Translations under genes and position numbers: made by a program
Shown: piece by piece, positions 37,901-47,402 of the stretch
Numbering within the stretch: position 1 is the first letter of the stretch
How the letters are laid out: every line of letters begins with the position of its first letter
Origin: an uncultured Gammaproteobacteria bacterium
GTDB lineage: Bacteria > Patescibacteriota > Microgenomatia > UBA8517
Reading direction: 5' to 3'
Length of the DNA stretch: 64,000 nucleotides
Assembly (NCBI GenBank): GCA_964427735.1
Contig: CAYRUS010000001.1
Span: 356,747 to 420,746 of the forward strand
Notes under the pieces: model-generated
The model's input: only the letters and a program-made list of their open reading frames with translations
Databases searched by the model: none
What the model was told of the DNA's origin: nothing

Positions 37901-38977
37901 TTACATATCTCTTTCCATAACAAAAACTGCTAATTCTCTTAGATTTTTTGCTGCTTTTTTGTTTTTAAAAAAAGTTAAATCTTCATCAAATACTTTTAAT
38001 GCATGATCTTTATACTCCTCTGCCCGTTTTTTTGCATATGCAATACTTCCACAATCATCCAACATTCTCACTACTCTCAACACTTCTTGGAGTGACTTTT
38101 CTTCTCTTTTTTTGTTTAAGACTTTCACAACATAATCCCGATCTCTTCCAGAAGCATTTTTCAAAAAGTGACTCATTATCAAAGTTTTTTTCCCTTCGTA
38201 TATATCATTTGCAAATTCCTTAAGCCCATTAAAATCGCTTGTAATGTCTAATATATCGTCTATTAACTGAAAACATCTCCCTAGGTTAAAACCAAACTCA
38301 GTAATTTTATACAATTGATCTTTGCTTGCCTCTCCGATAATAGACCCAAGTCTCAAAGGACCTGTTATTGAATAATAAGAAGATTTACCATCTGCAATAA
38401 AATACCAATCATTATCAGAAAATGTTTTAATCTTTTCCTGCATTAACTTAATCTCTGATGACTGGCCAATAATAGTTCTAGTAATTATGCTATAAAATTC
38501 ATCAACAACTTTGTCTGCAATTTTTTTATCAAGCTTTTTGTAAATATCAAATATAATGCGCCACATTACAGCATGAAGAGCATCACCGGAATTAATTGCT
38601 TGTTCAGCTCCGTAAATCCTATGAAGCGCAGGTTTACCTCTCCTTTTGACAGAATTGTCCTCAAAATCATCGTGGATAAGAATCCACTCTTCAGATAGCT
38701 GCATTGCTGCTGCTGCCTTTAATGAGTACCTTTTCTTTTTGCCCATAGCTTCAGCAGCTAACATCAACAATGTGGGTCGTAAATATTTGCCCTTTCTTTC
38801 TGGATAATCTCTTGTTATTTTCCAAAAGTATTTCTCATCAGATTTATATTTTCCGTTAATTTTAAAATGATCAGGAAGGTCTGGTGTATATAAATAGGTT
38901 TCTATCTCAGGCCAAATAATATTTTTATAACTAGAAAGGATTACTAATGCGGGATGCGTGTGTTTCTTGTTCCCCAT
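37901..38977 (-). CDS. trans-polyprenyl diphosphate synthase
   Basis: FARM LIHDDFEDNSVKRRGKP and SARM FQLIDDILD. Confidence 0.8.
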   Translation of the reverse strand: MGNKKHTHPALVILSSYKNIIWPEIETYLYTPDLPDHFKINGKYKSDEKYFWKITRDYPERKGKYLRPTLLMLAAEAMGKKKRYSLKAAAAMQLSEEWILIHDDFEDNSVKRRGKPALHRIYGAEQAINSGDALHAVMWRIIFDIYKKLDKKIADKVVDEFYSIITRTIIGQSSEIKLMQEKIKTFSDNDWYFIADGKSSYYSITGPLRLGSIIGEASKDQLYKITEFGFNLGRCFQLIDDILDITSDFNGLKEFANDIYEGKKTLIMSHFLKNASGRDRDYVVKVLNKKREEKSLQEVLRVVRMLDDCGSIAYAKKRAEEYKDHALKVFDEDLTFFKNKKAAKNLRELAVFVMERDM

Positions 38978-39075
38978 ATAAATCAGAATAGCTTATAAAT
39001 TAAGTCTTGAAAAGGATTATAAACTTACTAAACTAATCTTTATAATTATTTAGCAAATAGAAGCTCAATCTACAA

Positions 39076-39132
39076 TAAAAAAGAGAGAAGCTCTTTTCGC
39101 ATAATTATTTTAGGCAGGAACTTCTCTCTTTA
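39076..39132 (-). terminator. terminator downstream of the pilin gene
   Basis: On the minus strand: AAAGAGAGAAG ... CUUCUCUCUUU 11-bp stem, then UUUUAUUG. The long loop contains a nested short hairpin. Confidence 0.45.
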
Positions 39133-39134
39133 AG

Positions 39135-39608
39135 TTACCTAGTCACGGTAATTGTTGGTGTCAATTCACCAGTAGCACTCGCAACTACACGTCCGTCTGA
39201 ATCAACATAAATTGTATATCCTGTATTTGCATCGGTGCCTGTTGACGGATCTGCAGGAATAGAAGCAATATAAGTTGGTACGATTACTTCTGTACCTGCT
39301 TCGTTCGTAGCAGCTCCTAAGTCAAAACAAGGTGCAGTGTCACCAATACAAGTAGCTGATGAAGGAAAGTTTGTTTCAGTATCATCTCCATCAGTATCAG
39401 GTAAATTACCATCGTGCTCGGCAGCGAATTGATATATAGAACTCGTTATAGAGTGAAGATCAGCTCGACGTTGTTGATCTCTTGCTAAAGCAAATTGTCT
39501 ACCTGGGTTAACTGCTACTACGACTATTGCAGCCAAAATAGCAATAATACCGATAACAACTAATAACTCAATAAGGGTAAAACCTCTTGTGTTTTTATTT
39601 AGTTTCAT
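39135..39608 (-). CDS. type IV (major) pilin with prepilin-peptidase signal
   Basis: Class III signal KNTRG/FTLIELLVVIGIIAILAAIVV with Glu at +5. Ser/Thr/Asp-rich C-terminal half. Own terminator. Confidence 0.8.
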   Translation of the reverse strand: MKLNKNTRGFTLIELLVVIGIIAILAAIVVVAVNPGRQFALARDQQRRADLHSITSSIYQFAAEHDGNLPDTDGDDTETNFPSSATCIGDTAPCFDLGAATNEAGTEVIVPTYIASIPADPSTGTDANTGYTIYVDSDGRVVASATGELTPTITVTR

Positions 39609-39659
39609 TAATATCTTTCACCCCCTATCATATTATCCTATTACTAGTATTACATATAT

Positions 39660-39890
39660 CTACTCACCTAAGTCAAGTCTATCTACATTCTCAGGTACTA
39701 AAGACTGCTGAGCAGAACGTAATGATGTCACATCAAGATTAACCTCACTTGTTTGCTCAACTTTAACCTCTAAAGTCTCATGCCAAGCAGAAAACATCGT
39801 CCGAACCACAACAGCTATTAGAACCGCAAGTAGACCTAAAACTATAAATATTGCTAAATAAAAACGATTTAATTTGCTAAATTTATTCAT
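39660..39890 (-). CDS. small single-TM protein in the pilus operon, hypothetical
   Basis: 76-aa ORF with an N-terminal TM. Overlaps the upstream gene by 8 nt. Confidence 0.3.
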   Translation of the reverse strand: MNKFSKLNRFYLAIFIVLGLLAVLIAVVVRTMFSAWHETLEVKVEQTSEVNLDVTSLRSAQQSLVPENVDRLDLGE

Positions 39891-40536
39891 TTATATATAA
39901 AAGTATTCCATAGTCTAAAATATAAATATTATCATTGCTGTTTTTACTAAGATCAAAACTTACAGGTCTAAAAAGATAGGGTAAATCTTGAATTTCTTCT
40001 ATAGCTTGTGTGATTTTATTGATATCACCATTAACTGAAATTTTTATTGGATAACCCATTGTAGAAGTTTTGTCTGTAACTTTTTGATTTGATACAAACG
40101 AAAAGTTATCTACAATTCCATTTTTCTTCATTTGATCTAATTCTCCAACAAAATCTACAAGTCTTTGCTCATCTGCTATGAAATTTTCAATGAAGGAAAT
40201 TCTCTCTTCATTTGCCGCAAGCTGAGATCTCAAAACTCCTTCATCATAGTTTATCTCAGTCAGACTATCTTGTTCTAATGTCTCAGGAAGGTTCCCAATT
40301 TTAATTATAAAAATAGTTAATCCAGCAAACAATAAAATATTAATAATACCAAGAATGATAAATCGAGTTGATCTTGAAGAACGCAGACTTGTCTTTTTCT
40401 TTTCCAGCTGATTTACAATAGAATTATTCACATTATTCTCATTTTCTAGCTTATTTTCCTCAGCTTTATTTATGCTTTGTGGAAATTCTTTTTGAGAATC
40501 TTTTTTTTGTTGTGTGCTTTTTATTTGGTCTGGCAT
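39883..40536 (-). CDS. PilO/PilN-like bitopic pilus assembly protein
   Basis: Cytoplasmic N-terminus, one TM, coiled-coil periplasmic part. Position directly after the pilM-pilN fusion. Confidence 0.4.
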   Translation of the reverse strand: MPDQIKSTQQKKDSQKEFPQSINKAEENKLENENNVNNSIVNQLEKKKTSLRSSRSTRFIILGIINILLFAGLTIFIIKIGNLPETLEQDSLTEINYDEGVLRSQLAANEERISFIENFIADEQRLVDFVGELDQMKKNGIVDNFSFVSNQKVTDKTSTMGYPIKISVNGDINKITQAIEEIQDLPYLFRPVSFDLSKNSNDNIYILDYGILLYINE

Positions 40537-40537
40537 G

Positions 40538-41968
40538 TTATTGCAATTTCAACTTTGGTTTTGTAACCGGTTTTAAGGGTAAGTATTCAAAAGTCATATC
40601 AAAAGAAATATCTGCCTCTTGTTCCAAAGCATTTACAGGAATAACAACATTTCCAAAATCACCACTTGACTCTAAACTTGTTTTAAAGGAAAGTAAGTCA
40701 CTTCTCGAAGGGGCAGTTCCTGCTACTGATACTCCTCCTTTATCTAAATCTAACTGGTAGCTATCAATAACTACTCCTTCTGGTTTCGCTTCATTGATTG
40801 GGTTAATAATTTCTTGAGGCATTGTTCTGGCTTCACTAATAGCTAATATTTTTTTTGTTAAGCTATTTATTTTATTAACCCTATCTAATACTTCCTGCGA
40901 TTGGGCAGGTAAGTTTTCCTGTATAGAATTCCCATTTGAAAACCTGCTTTGCATAAAAATATAAAACGAAATAGCTGATAATAAACAAACAAGTAAAACA
41001 AATGCCGAAAACCCAAACAAAAAAGTCATCTTAAGCCCAAAATCCTTTTCCTGGCGACTTTCATAAAAAACAGCAGGAAGAAGATTAACAGATTTGCTAT
41101 CAGCTGGTGCTTCTGGGGTTGCCATTTGCGATGAAATAGGAACAAGATACTCGTTAAATTCTTCACTAGACAGGCCATCAACTGATGGAGGAATACCTTC
41201 AGGAGCAAGTCCTGTTAACTGCTCTATTTTTTGATAAAAAGAAGCATTAAATCCTTTCCCTGCAACAACAATTTTTTCCGGCTTGAATTTATTATAATGC
41301 TGGAGCATCCTTCTAATCGTATTCAAAACAACATCTTCTTCATCAACAGCAACAACAGAACTTCCTGCAATTCGCCAACCCTTTGACAAAACGAGAATTA
41401 CTTCCTCGAAGTTTTTATATATTATTAATCTACTAAGATCTTCTTTTCCAGCAATTCTAACTAAAGATAATGCTTGAGTTTCTACAGCAACAGGAGTTAA
41501 ATCTGCAAAAATTACTGCATCTATATACCCATACAAAAGTTCTTTATCGATTGCTACCACCAAATATTGAATAGATGTACCAACCTCTCCAGCAATTTTC
41601 CAATCAACGATCATCTCATTTGTGGCAGATGGAAGAAAATCCTTTACTTGCCATTTTAAAGCTTCTGTTACTTCTTCATCTTTTAGTCTTGGAAGATCTA
41701 TTAACTTTGTGTAAGTTGAAAATTCTGGTATTACCAACGAAACTTGAGATTCCTCTATACCTACTTCCTTAATACTTTTTTTGATTAAATCACTGAGTTT
41801 TTGTTTATCTACTACTTTGTAATCAACAATTGTATTTTCCGGCAAATTCACATTTGCTATCGTACGTGTTTTTTTGAGACTTGTGTCATTAAGATAAACA
41901 ATTTGGAGCTTATCTTTGGTAAAAGATATTGTAAAAAATTCACTTTTTATCATGGCAGGTATATCCAT
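40538..41968 (-). CDS. pilM: type IV pilus assembly protein PilM fused to a PilN-like C-terminal domain
   Basis: Actin-like ATPase fold over about 300 aa. Then NLLP motif and a TM helix (FLFGFSAFVLLVCLLSAISFYIF) plus a periplasmic tail. Confidence 0.65.
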   Translation of the reverse strand: MDIPAMIKSEFFTISFTKDKLQIVYLNDTSLKKTRTIANVNLPENTIVDYKVVDKQKLSDLIKKSIKEVGIEESQVSLVIPEFSTYTKLIDLPRLKDEEVTEALKWQVKDFLPSATNEMIVDWKIAGEVGTSIQYLVVAIDKELLYGYIDAVIFADLTPVAVETQALSLVRIAGKEDLSRLIIYKNFEEVILVLSKGWRIAGSSVVAVDEEDVVLNTIRRMLQHYNKFKPEKIVVAGKGFNASFYQKIEQLTGLAPEGIPPSVDGLSSEEFNEYLVPISSQMATPEAPADSKSVNLLPAVFYESRQEKDFGLKMTFLFGFSAFVLLVCLLSAISFYIFMQSRFSNGNSIQENLPAQSQEVLDRVNKINSLTKKILAISEARTMPQEIINPINEAKPEGVVIDSYQLDLDKGGVSVAGTAPSRSDLLSFKTSLESSGDFGNVVIPVNALEQEADISFDMTFEYLPLKPVTKPKLKLQ

Positions 41969-42078
41969 TATATAATAAGTATTAGACGATGTTTAAATCA
42001 TTATGTGACAAAATCTTTTCAGTCAATTGACCATAAAAAAATTAGTCCCAACAAGCCTTAGTTGTTATACTGGAAATA

Positions 42079-43434
42079 ATGCCTACACTGCCTAAAACAA
42101 TTTTCATTAAAGGTAACACGATCATAGGTATTCTTATTGGTTTAGGTGTTCTTTCGATTCTTTCCTATACTGTTATTATATTGTCCACTACAACATACCA
42201 ACTGGTTGGTTATACAAGAGCCAGAACAGTTGCAAGAAATATAGCTGTCACTCAAATTGAGATGATCAGAAATATGCCATATGATGAGATTGGAACACAA
42301 GGAGGCATCCCACAAGGGGATTTACTTCAAACCCAAGACATTGTAGAAAATGGTCAAAATTATCAAATTAGAAGAACTATAACTTATGTTGATGATCCAT
42401 TTGACCAACTGACCCCAATTGATACGTTGCCTACTGATTACAAAAGAGTTCGTATCGAAATCTCATGGGAAGGCGTATCAAAATCAAATGCAGCACCAGT
42501 AGTATTAACAACTGATGTGGTTCCAAAAGGAGTTGAATCTACTGAAGGTGGAGGTACATTATCTATTTTGGTTTTTAATTCTCAAGGTTTACCAGTACCT
42601 CAAGCTCAAGTCCATATTGTATCTAATGATCAAACAAACCCAGTCGATTTAACTCAATTTACAAGTGATACAGGACATATAGTTTTACCCGGTACGCCTG
42701 CCTGCCTGGAGTGCTATGAAATTACAGTAACAAAAGATGGGTTTAGTATTGACAAAACTTACTCAAATACAGAAGTTGATACTCCTGATAAACCTCATAT
42801 TAGTGTCATAGAGGGAAACCTGACAGAAACTAGCTTTGCGATCGATAGAGTTTCCTCACTCACTTTAAATACATACGGATCAAGAGAAGACGGCTTTCCT
42901 ATTATGGTAAATGTACCTATTATAGTCAAAGGAGAAAAAACAATTGGGGTAGATGTAGCAGATCAACCTGTTTATAAATTTAGCCAAGAGTTTGTTACAA
43001 ATGAGAATGGAGAATTAACAATTGAAAACCTCGAATGGGACAACTATTACATCTCAGTTCCAGATCAATCTTCTTACTCTATAAGCGGTCTTAGTAAAAC
43101 CATGCCATATTCTATTTTGCCAAACACAGACGACTCTTTGGATATTTCTATATCTTCATTTACACCAAATTCCCTACTCACGGCTTTTGTGGACGAAAAC
43201 AAATCACCGATAGCTTCTGTCTCAGCTATTCTAAAAGATGGCAATGTACCAATTGCAACAATCTCCAGTGGACTAGAAAATGACCCAGACTTTGGACAAG
43301 CGTTCTTTAGTGATCTAGCCCAAAAAACTTATGCTTTGGAAGCAACTGCAGCTGGGTTTATAGATTTTAGCGGAATAGTGAATATATCGGGACAAGTTTA
43401 TGACTTAATACCACTCACAAAAGAAGAGTTGTAA
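42079..43434 (+). CDS. large N-terminally anchored pilus-associated protein (minor-pilin-like, degenerate prepilin motif)
   Basis: N-terminus KGNTIIGILIGLGVL resembles a class III signal but lacks Glu+5. First gene of the divergent module upstream of two prepilin-type genes. Confidence 0.35.
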   Translation: MPTLPKTIFIKGNTIIGILIGLGVLSILSYTVIILSTTTYQLVGYTRARTVARNIAVTQIEMIRNMPYDEIGTQGGIPQGDLLQTQDIVENGQNYQIRRTITYVDDPFDQLTPIDTLPTDYKRVRIEISWEGVSKSNAAPVVLTTDVVPKGVESTEGGGTLSILVFNSQGLPVPQAQVHIVSNDQTNPVDLTQFTSDTGHIVLPGTPACLECYEITVTKDGFSIDKTYSNTEVDTPDKPHISVIEGNLTETSFAIDRVSSLTLNTYGSREDGFPIMVNVPIIVKGEKTIGVDVADQPVYKFSQEFVTNENGELTIENLEWDNYYISVPDQSSYSISGLSKTMPYSILPNTDDSLDISISSFTPNSLLTAFVDENKSPIASVSAILKDGNVPIATISSGLENDPDFGQAFFSDLAQKTYALEATAAGFIDFSGIVNISGQVYDLIPLTKEEL

Positions 43435-43437
43435 ATT

Positions 43438-44052
43438 ATGAAAAACAAGCAAACATATAGTCTAAAAGGTTTTACACTTATAGAAATAATAGTAGCAACC
43501 TCAATTTCTGTAACTCTCCTTGCTGGAGTTTATCTGGTCCAAAGAATCATTGCCGACACACAATCAGTTACTTGGGACAGTACAATAAAAGTTGAAATTG
43601 CAAATAAAGCCACCGCACCAATAATTAAAGAAATTAGAACTATGAGACCAAGCCAAGACGGAAGATATCCACTTGAAACTGCAGAAAGCCATGAAATTGT
43701 ATTCTATTCAGATATAGATTTCGACGAAAGCGTAGAAAGAGTTAGATATGTTCTAGATGGGAATGTTCTTAGAAAAGGTGTTACAGAACCAAGCGGTTCT
43801 CCGATTGGTTATAACCAAGAAGATGAAGAGTTAACTATTATAAGCGACACAATACAAAATGAGTCAAATCCTGTTTTTTATTACTATAATGAAGATTGGC
43901 CCTCAAATAATAACCCTCTAAATTATCCTGCTCCTACTTCAGAAGTTAAAGTTGTTAAAGTCATGCTAAAAATAGGTAGTAGTCTTGAAGATAATCAGCC
44001 TTATGAGGTTGAAGCTTTTACTAATATTAGAATGTTGAAAGAAAATCTCTAA
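43438..44052 (+). CDS. prepilin-type N-terminal cleavage/methylation domain protein (minor pilin/pseudopilin)
   Basis: LKG/FTLIEIIVATSISV canonical motif. Coupled 3 nt after the upstream gene. Confidence 0.7.
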   Translation: MKNKQTYSLKGFTLIEIIVATSISVTLLAGVYLVQRIIADTQSVTWDSTIKVEIANKATAPIIKEIRTMRPSQDGRYPLETAESHEIVFYSDIDFDESVERVRYVLDGNVLRKGVTEPSGSPIGYNQEDEELTIISDTIQNESNPVFYYYNEDWPSNNNPLNYPAPTSEVKVVKVMLKIGSSLEDNQPYEVEAFTNIRMLKENL

Positions 44053-44054
44053 AT

Positions 44055-45452
44055 ATGAAAAAAGAAGCAGGTTCAGTTACGCCAGCCTTGTTAGTTATTA
44101 TTGGCACGATGGTTGTTGTTATTTATGGTCTTTTGTTGATTTTAGCAATGCAGTTAAATTATTCCCACAGACAAATTGCTTCTGAAGAGGCTCTTCATAT
44201 TGCTGAAGCAGGTATCAATTATTACAGATGGCATCTTGCTCATGATCCAAATGATTACACAGATGGAACTGGTAATCCAGGTCCTTATGTCCGCGAATAT
44301 CACGACCCTGAAGGAGGTTTAGTAGGATACTATGAATTAGAGATCACACCACCCGAATCCGGATCTTCAATTGTTACATTAAAGTCGACAGGTTGGACAA
44401 ATCAATTCCCTTCAGTAAAGCGTACAATAACTGCAAAATACGGAAAACCTTCATTAGCGAGATTTTCTTTCTTATCAAATGCAAGCAGCTGGTATGGTGA
44501 AGGTATAACAGTAAATGGACAAATACACTCAAATAACGGAATAAGGATGGACGGCATCAACACTTCCTCAACTACAAGTGCTAAAGACACTTATATGTGT
44601 GGATCAGAAACAGGGTGTCATCCTCCAGATAACAGACCTGGGGTTTGGGGATTAGGACCAAATTATAATCTTTGGGAATTTCCTGTTCCATCCATTGATT
44701 TTGATTCTATATCATTTGATTTCGCCCAGATGAGAGCAGAAGCTCAAGCTAATGGATTGTATTTGAATGATTCAAAGGCAGAAGGTTATCATCTAGTATT
44801 TAATTCAAATGGAACTTTTGATGTATACAAAGTTAGAAATACCGACTTTATTAGAGGTTATAGTGTTCCTGGACAAGGATTAGGACAAGAAGGTCAAGGA
44901 GGATGTAGAAGATTATTCCAAATAATTACAAAAGAAGATCATGTCGCTACTTATATTGTTGATGATAATCCAATCGTTTTTATTGAAGATCACGTGTGGG
45001 TAGAAGGCACGGTAAAAGGAAGACTAACATTAACTGCTGCCACGTTCCCAATTGCTTCCAGTGATGTAGATATTTGGATAAAAAACAGCATTAAATACAC
45101 CAATTATGACGGTAGTGATATATTAGGGCTAATATCCCAAAATAATATTTACTTTGTTCGCGATGTGCCTGAAAATTTCCAAGTTGATGCAGTTTTAATT
45201 GCCAAAAATGGAAAAATTCTTAGACATGCTTATTATAGTGGTTGTGGAGGTACATTCGGGGGAATTAAGCAAAATCTAACGATCAATGGTTCCTTGATAT
45301 CATTTCATAAATCATACTGGAATTTTGGTGATCCTCTAGTATCTGGGTTTATTTCAAGAACTATAAATTACGATGGTAATGCGCTATATAACCCCCCACC
45401 TTATTTCCCTACATCTGGAGAGTTTGAGTTTATATCTTGGAAAGAAGAATAG
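44055..45452 (+). CDS. PilX-like pilus assembly/minor pilin protein
   Basis: N-terminal hydrophobic helix LLVIIGTMVVVIYGLLLILA typical of PilX-N-like proteins. 465 aa. Coupled to the upstream pseudopilin gene. Confidence 0.4.
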   Translation: MKKEAGSVTPALLVIIGTMVVVIYGLLLILAMQLNYSHRQIASEEALHIAEAGINYYRWHLAHDPNDYTDGTGNPGPYVREYHDPEGGLVGYYELEITPPESGSSIVTLKSTGWTNQFPSVKRTITAKYGKPSLARFSFLSNASSWYGEGITVNGQIHSNNGIRMDGINTSSTTSAKDTYMCGSETGCHPPDNRPGVWGLGPNYNLWEFPVPSIDFDSISFDFAQMRAEAQANGLYLNDSKAEGYHLVFNSNGTFDVYKVRNTDFIRGYSVPGQGLGQEGQGGCRRLFQIITKEDHVATYIVDDNPIVFIEDHVWVEGTVKGRLTLTAATFPIASSDVDIWIKNSIKYTNYDGSDILGLISQNNIYFVRDVPENFQVDAVLIAKNGKILRHAYYSGCGGTFGGIKQNLTINGSLISFHKSYWNFGDPLVSGFISRTINYDGNALYNPPPYFPTSGEFEFISWKEE

Positions 45453-45453
45453 T

Positions 45454-46215
45454 TTATAAAGTAGGGAGAGGTGTAGGTGTGACTAAGCAAAGAGTATTTG
45501 AAATTATAGTACGAGATGAAACTGTTTCTGATCCAAGATCACAATCAAAAACATACGGCACTTCACCTTGATAGGCACCACTAGAAGATGGCGTAGGTGT
45601 TGGTGTCACAGCTGGGTCAGCACAATAGCTTAGCTTCCACAACCTACAGCCCGGTGGAGCAATGAGATCACCACTTCCTGATGTTGGAGTTGGTGTAGTA
45701 GTCCCGCCTGGATTATCAAAGTAATCAGAAATATCATCATCACTCCCATCATTATCATCTCCTCCACCGCCACCCGACCCTGGACCATTATCAACAGTTT
45801 CTTCTATAACCACTGACACCAATTCGTCATCATTAATTTTAATCGCAGAACCATCACCAAAAGTAACTGTTGTATTGCCACTAAGATTATTACTTTGAAG
45901 ACGAAGGTAATCTAAGAATTCATTTATTTTTTCATTTGACCAAACTTCGTTGTAGATCTGACCATTTTTGGATTCCAATGTATAGTTTCCATCTGTGTCA
46001 ATGGTAATTAAATCTCCATCCTTCTCAACAGAAACCAACAGACTTTCACCAACATTGGTATCTACAGAGTTTTTACCAGATCTAATTAAAATCACTGCCA
46101 TTAACACAATCATTAACAATCCAAAAACAAAAACTAACAACATTCCTCTCTTTGTTTTTATTACTTTTAAAATATTTTCCATGTTATCTTTGTACCTCCT
46201 GCGACAAGTTTCCAA
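45454..46215 (-). CDS. secreted low-complexity protein (Gly/Asp and Thr/Pro linkers) within the pilus locus
   Basis: N-terminal TM. GPGSGGGGGDDNDGSDDD and TPTPT repeats. Four Cys in the C-terminal part. Overlaps the pilC 3' end. Confidence 0.35.
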   Translation of the reverse strand: METCRRRYKDNMENILKVIKTKRGMLLVFVFGLLMIVLMAVILIRSGKNSVDTNVGESLLVSVEKDGDLITIDTDGNYTLESKNGQIYNEVWSNEKINEFLDYLRLQSNNLSGNTTVTFGDGSAIKINDDELVSVVIEETVDNGPGSGGGGGDDNDGSDDDISDYFDNPGGTTTPTPTSGSGDLIAPPGCRLWKLSYCADPAVTPTPTPSSSGAYQGEVPYVFDCDLGSETVSSRTIISNTLCLVTPTPLPTL

Positions 46216-47401
46216 CTATGCTATATATCGGAGCAATCATAACAATAACCATTATTCCTACAGCCACTCCGATAATAAGCATAAGAACAGGCTCCAACAA
46301 AGCAGTGGCTTTTTTAAGACTGTGATCAACTTCTTTCTCGTAAAATTCTGCCATTTCTTCTAAGACAGATTCCAGAGTACCTGTTTTTTCACCTGCTCTG
46401 ACTGTTTGAACCATCACAGTAGGAAATGAATATTTTGAGTCCATCAAAATCTGAGAAAGACTTTCACCTCTAGAAACTCCAGCACTAAAGCCTATCGCCT
46501 GCTTTTGTAAGTGAGGCTGGCTAATACTTTTAGCAGCAACGTCAAGGGACTCTACAATAGACACACCACTTTTAAGCAAAGTTGAAAGAGTTCTGGCAAA
46601 TCTAGCTACATCTATTTGATCCATCATTTTCCTAACAATCGGCAGTTTCCCAAACATCTGAAGGATAACTCTTCTTGTTTTATAGTAGTAAAACAAGAAA
46701 AAAACTAGTCCAAATATAATCCCTAATACAATCAAAAATAAAAACGTATTCTCACCTACAAATGTACCAAAACCCATAAATAATTTGGTCATAGCAGGCA
46801 GTTCAATATCCATTTTTGTAAATGCTGAAGCTATCCTAGGCAATACAAACACAAGCATCAAAACCCCATTGCCGAGCATTGCTACCAAGATGACTGCAGG
46901 ATACATAAGCGAGCCTTTAATTTTTTGAGTTAATTCGTAGGTCGCCGACAGTTGCTTTGATAAATAATCAAAAGACTTTGCAAGGGACCCAGTTTCTTCT
47001 CCAGCTTTTATCATTGTTAAAAAAACAGAATCAAAATCCCCAGGATATTGAGAAAGCACAGAGGAAACACTATTCCCTTTTCTTGTCTGAAAAGCAATAT
47101 CTGAAAGAATCTGCTGAAGCTTTTTCTTTTTTGCCTCTTGTCGAATAATCTCAACTGCTTCAGGTACAGACAACCCAGAACGGAGCATTGTAGCAAGGAG
47201 TCGACACAATTCGGCCTTTTCTGGCAACGTGATTTTACCGGAGAATAGTGAGTGTCTACCAGTACCTACCTGTTTAACAGTAAGGATCTGCAATTCTTCT
47301 GCTTTTAGAATGGAAACCACTTCTTCTTGAGAAGTAGCTTGTAGTGTGTCTTCTTTAATTGAACCAAATTTATCTTTTGCTTTATATAAAAATAGCGGCA
47401 T
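46184..47401 (-). CDS. pilC: type IV pilus platform protein PilC (GspF family)
   Basis: Two repeated T2SSF domains, three TM segments. Immediately downstream of pilB. Confidence 0.85.
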   Translation of the reverse strand: MPLFLYKAKDKFGSIKEDTLQATSQEEVVSILKAEELQILTVKQVGTGRHSLFSGKITLPEKAELCRLLATMLRSGLSVPEAVEIIRQEAKKKKLQQILSDIAFQTRKGNSVSSVLSQYPGDFDSVFLTMIKAGEETGSLAKSFDYLSKQLSATYELTQKIKGSLMYPAVILVAMLGNGVLMLVFVLPRIASAFTKMDIELPAMTKLFMGFGTFVGENTFLFLIVLGIIFGLVFFLFYYYKTRRVILQMFGKLPIVRKMMDQIDVARFARTLSTLLKSGVSIVESLDVAAKSISQPHLQKQAIGFSAGVSRGESLSQILMDSKYSFPTVMVQTVRAGEKTGTLESVLEEMAEFYEKEVDHSLKKATALLEPVLMLIIGVAVGIMVIVMIAPIYSIVGNLSQEVQR

Positions 47402-47402
47402 A

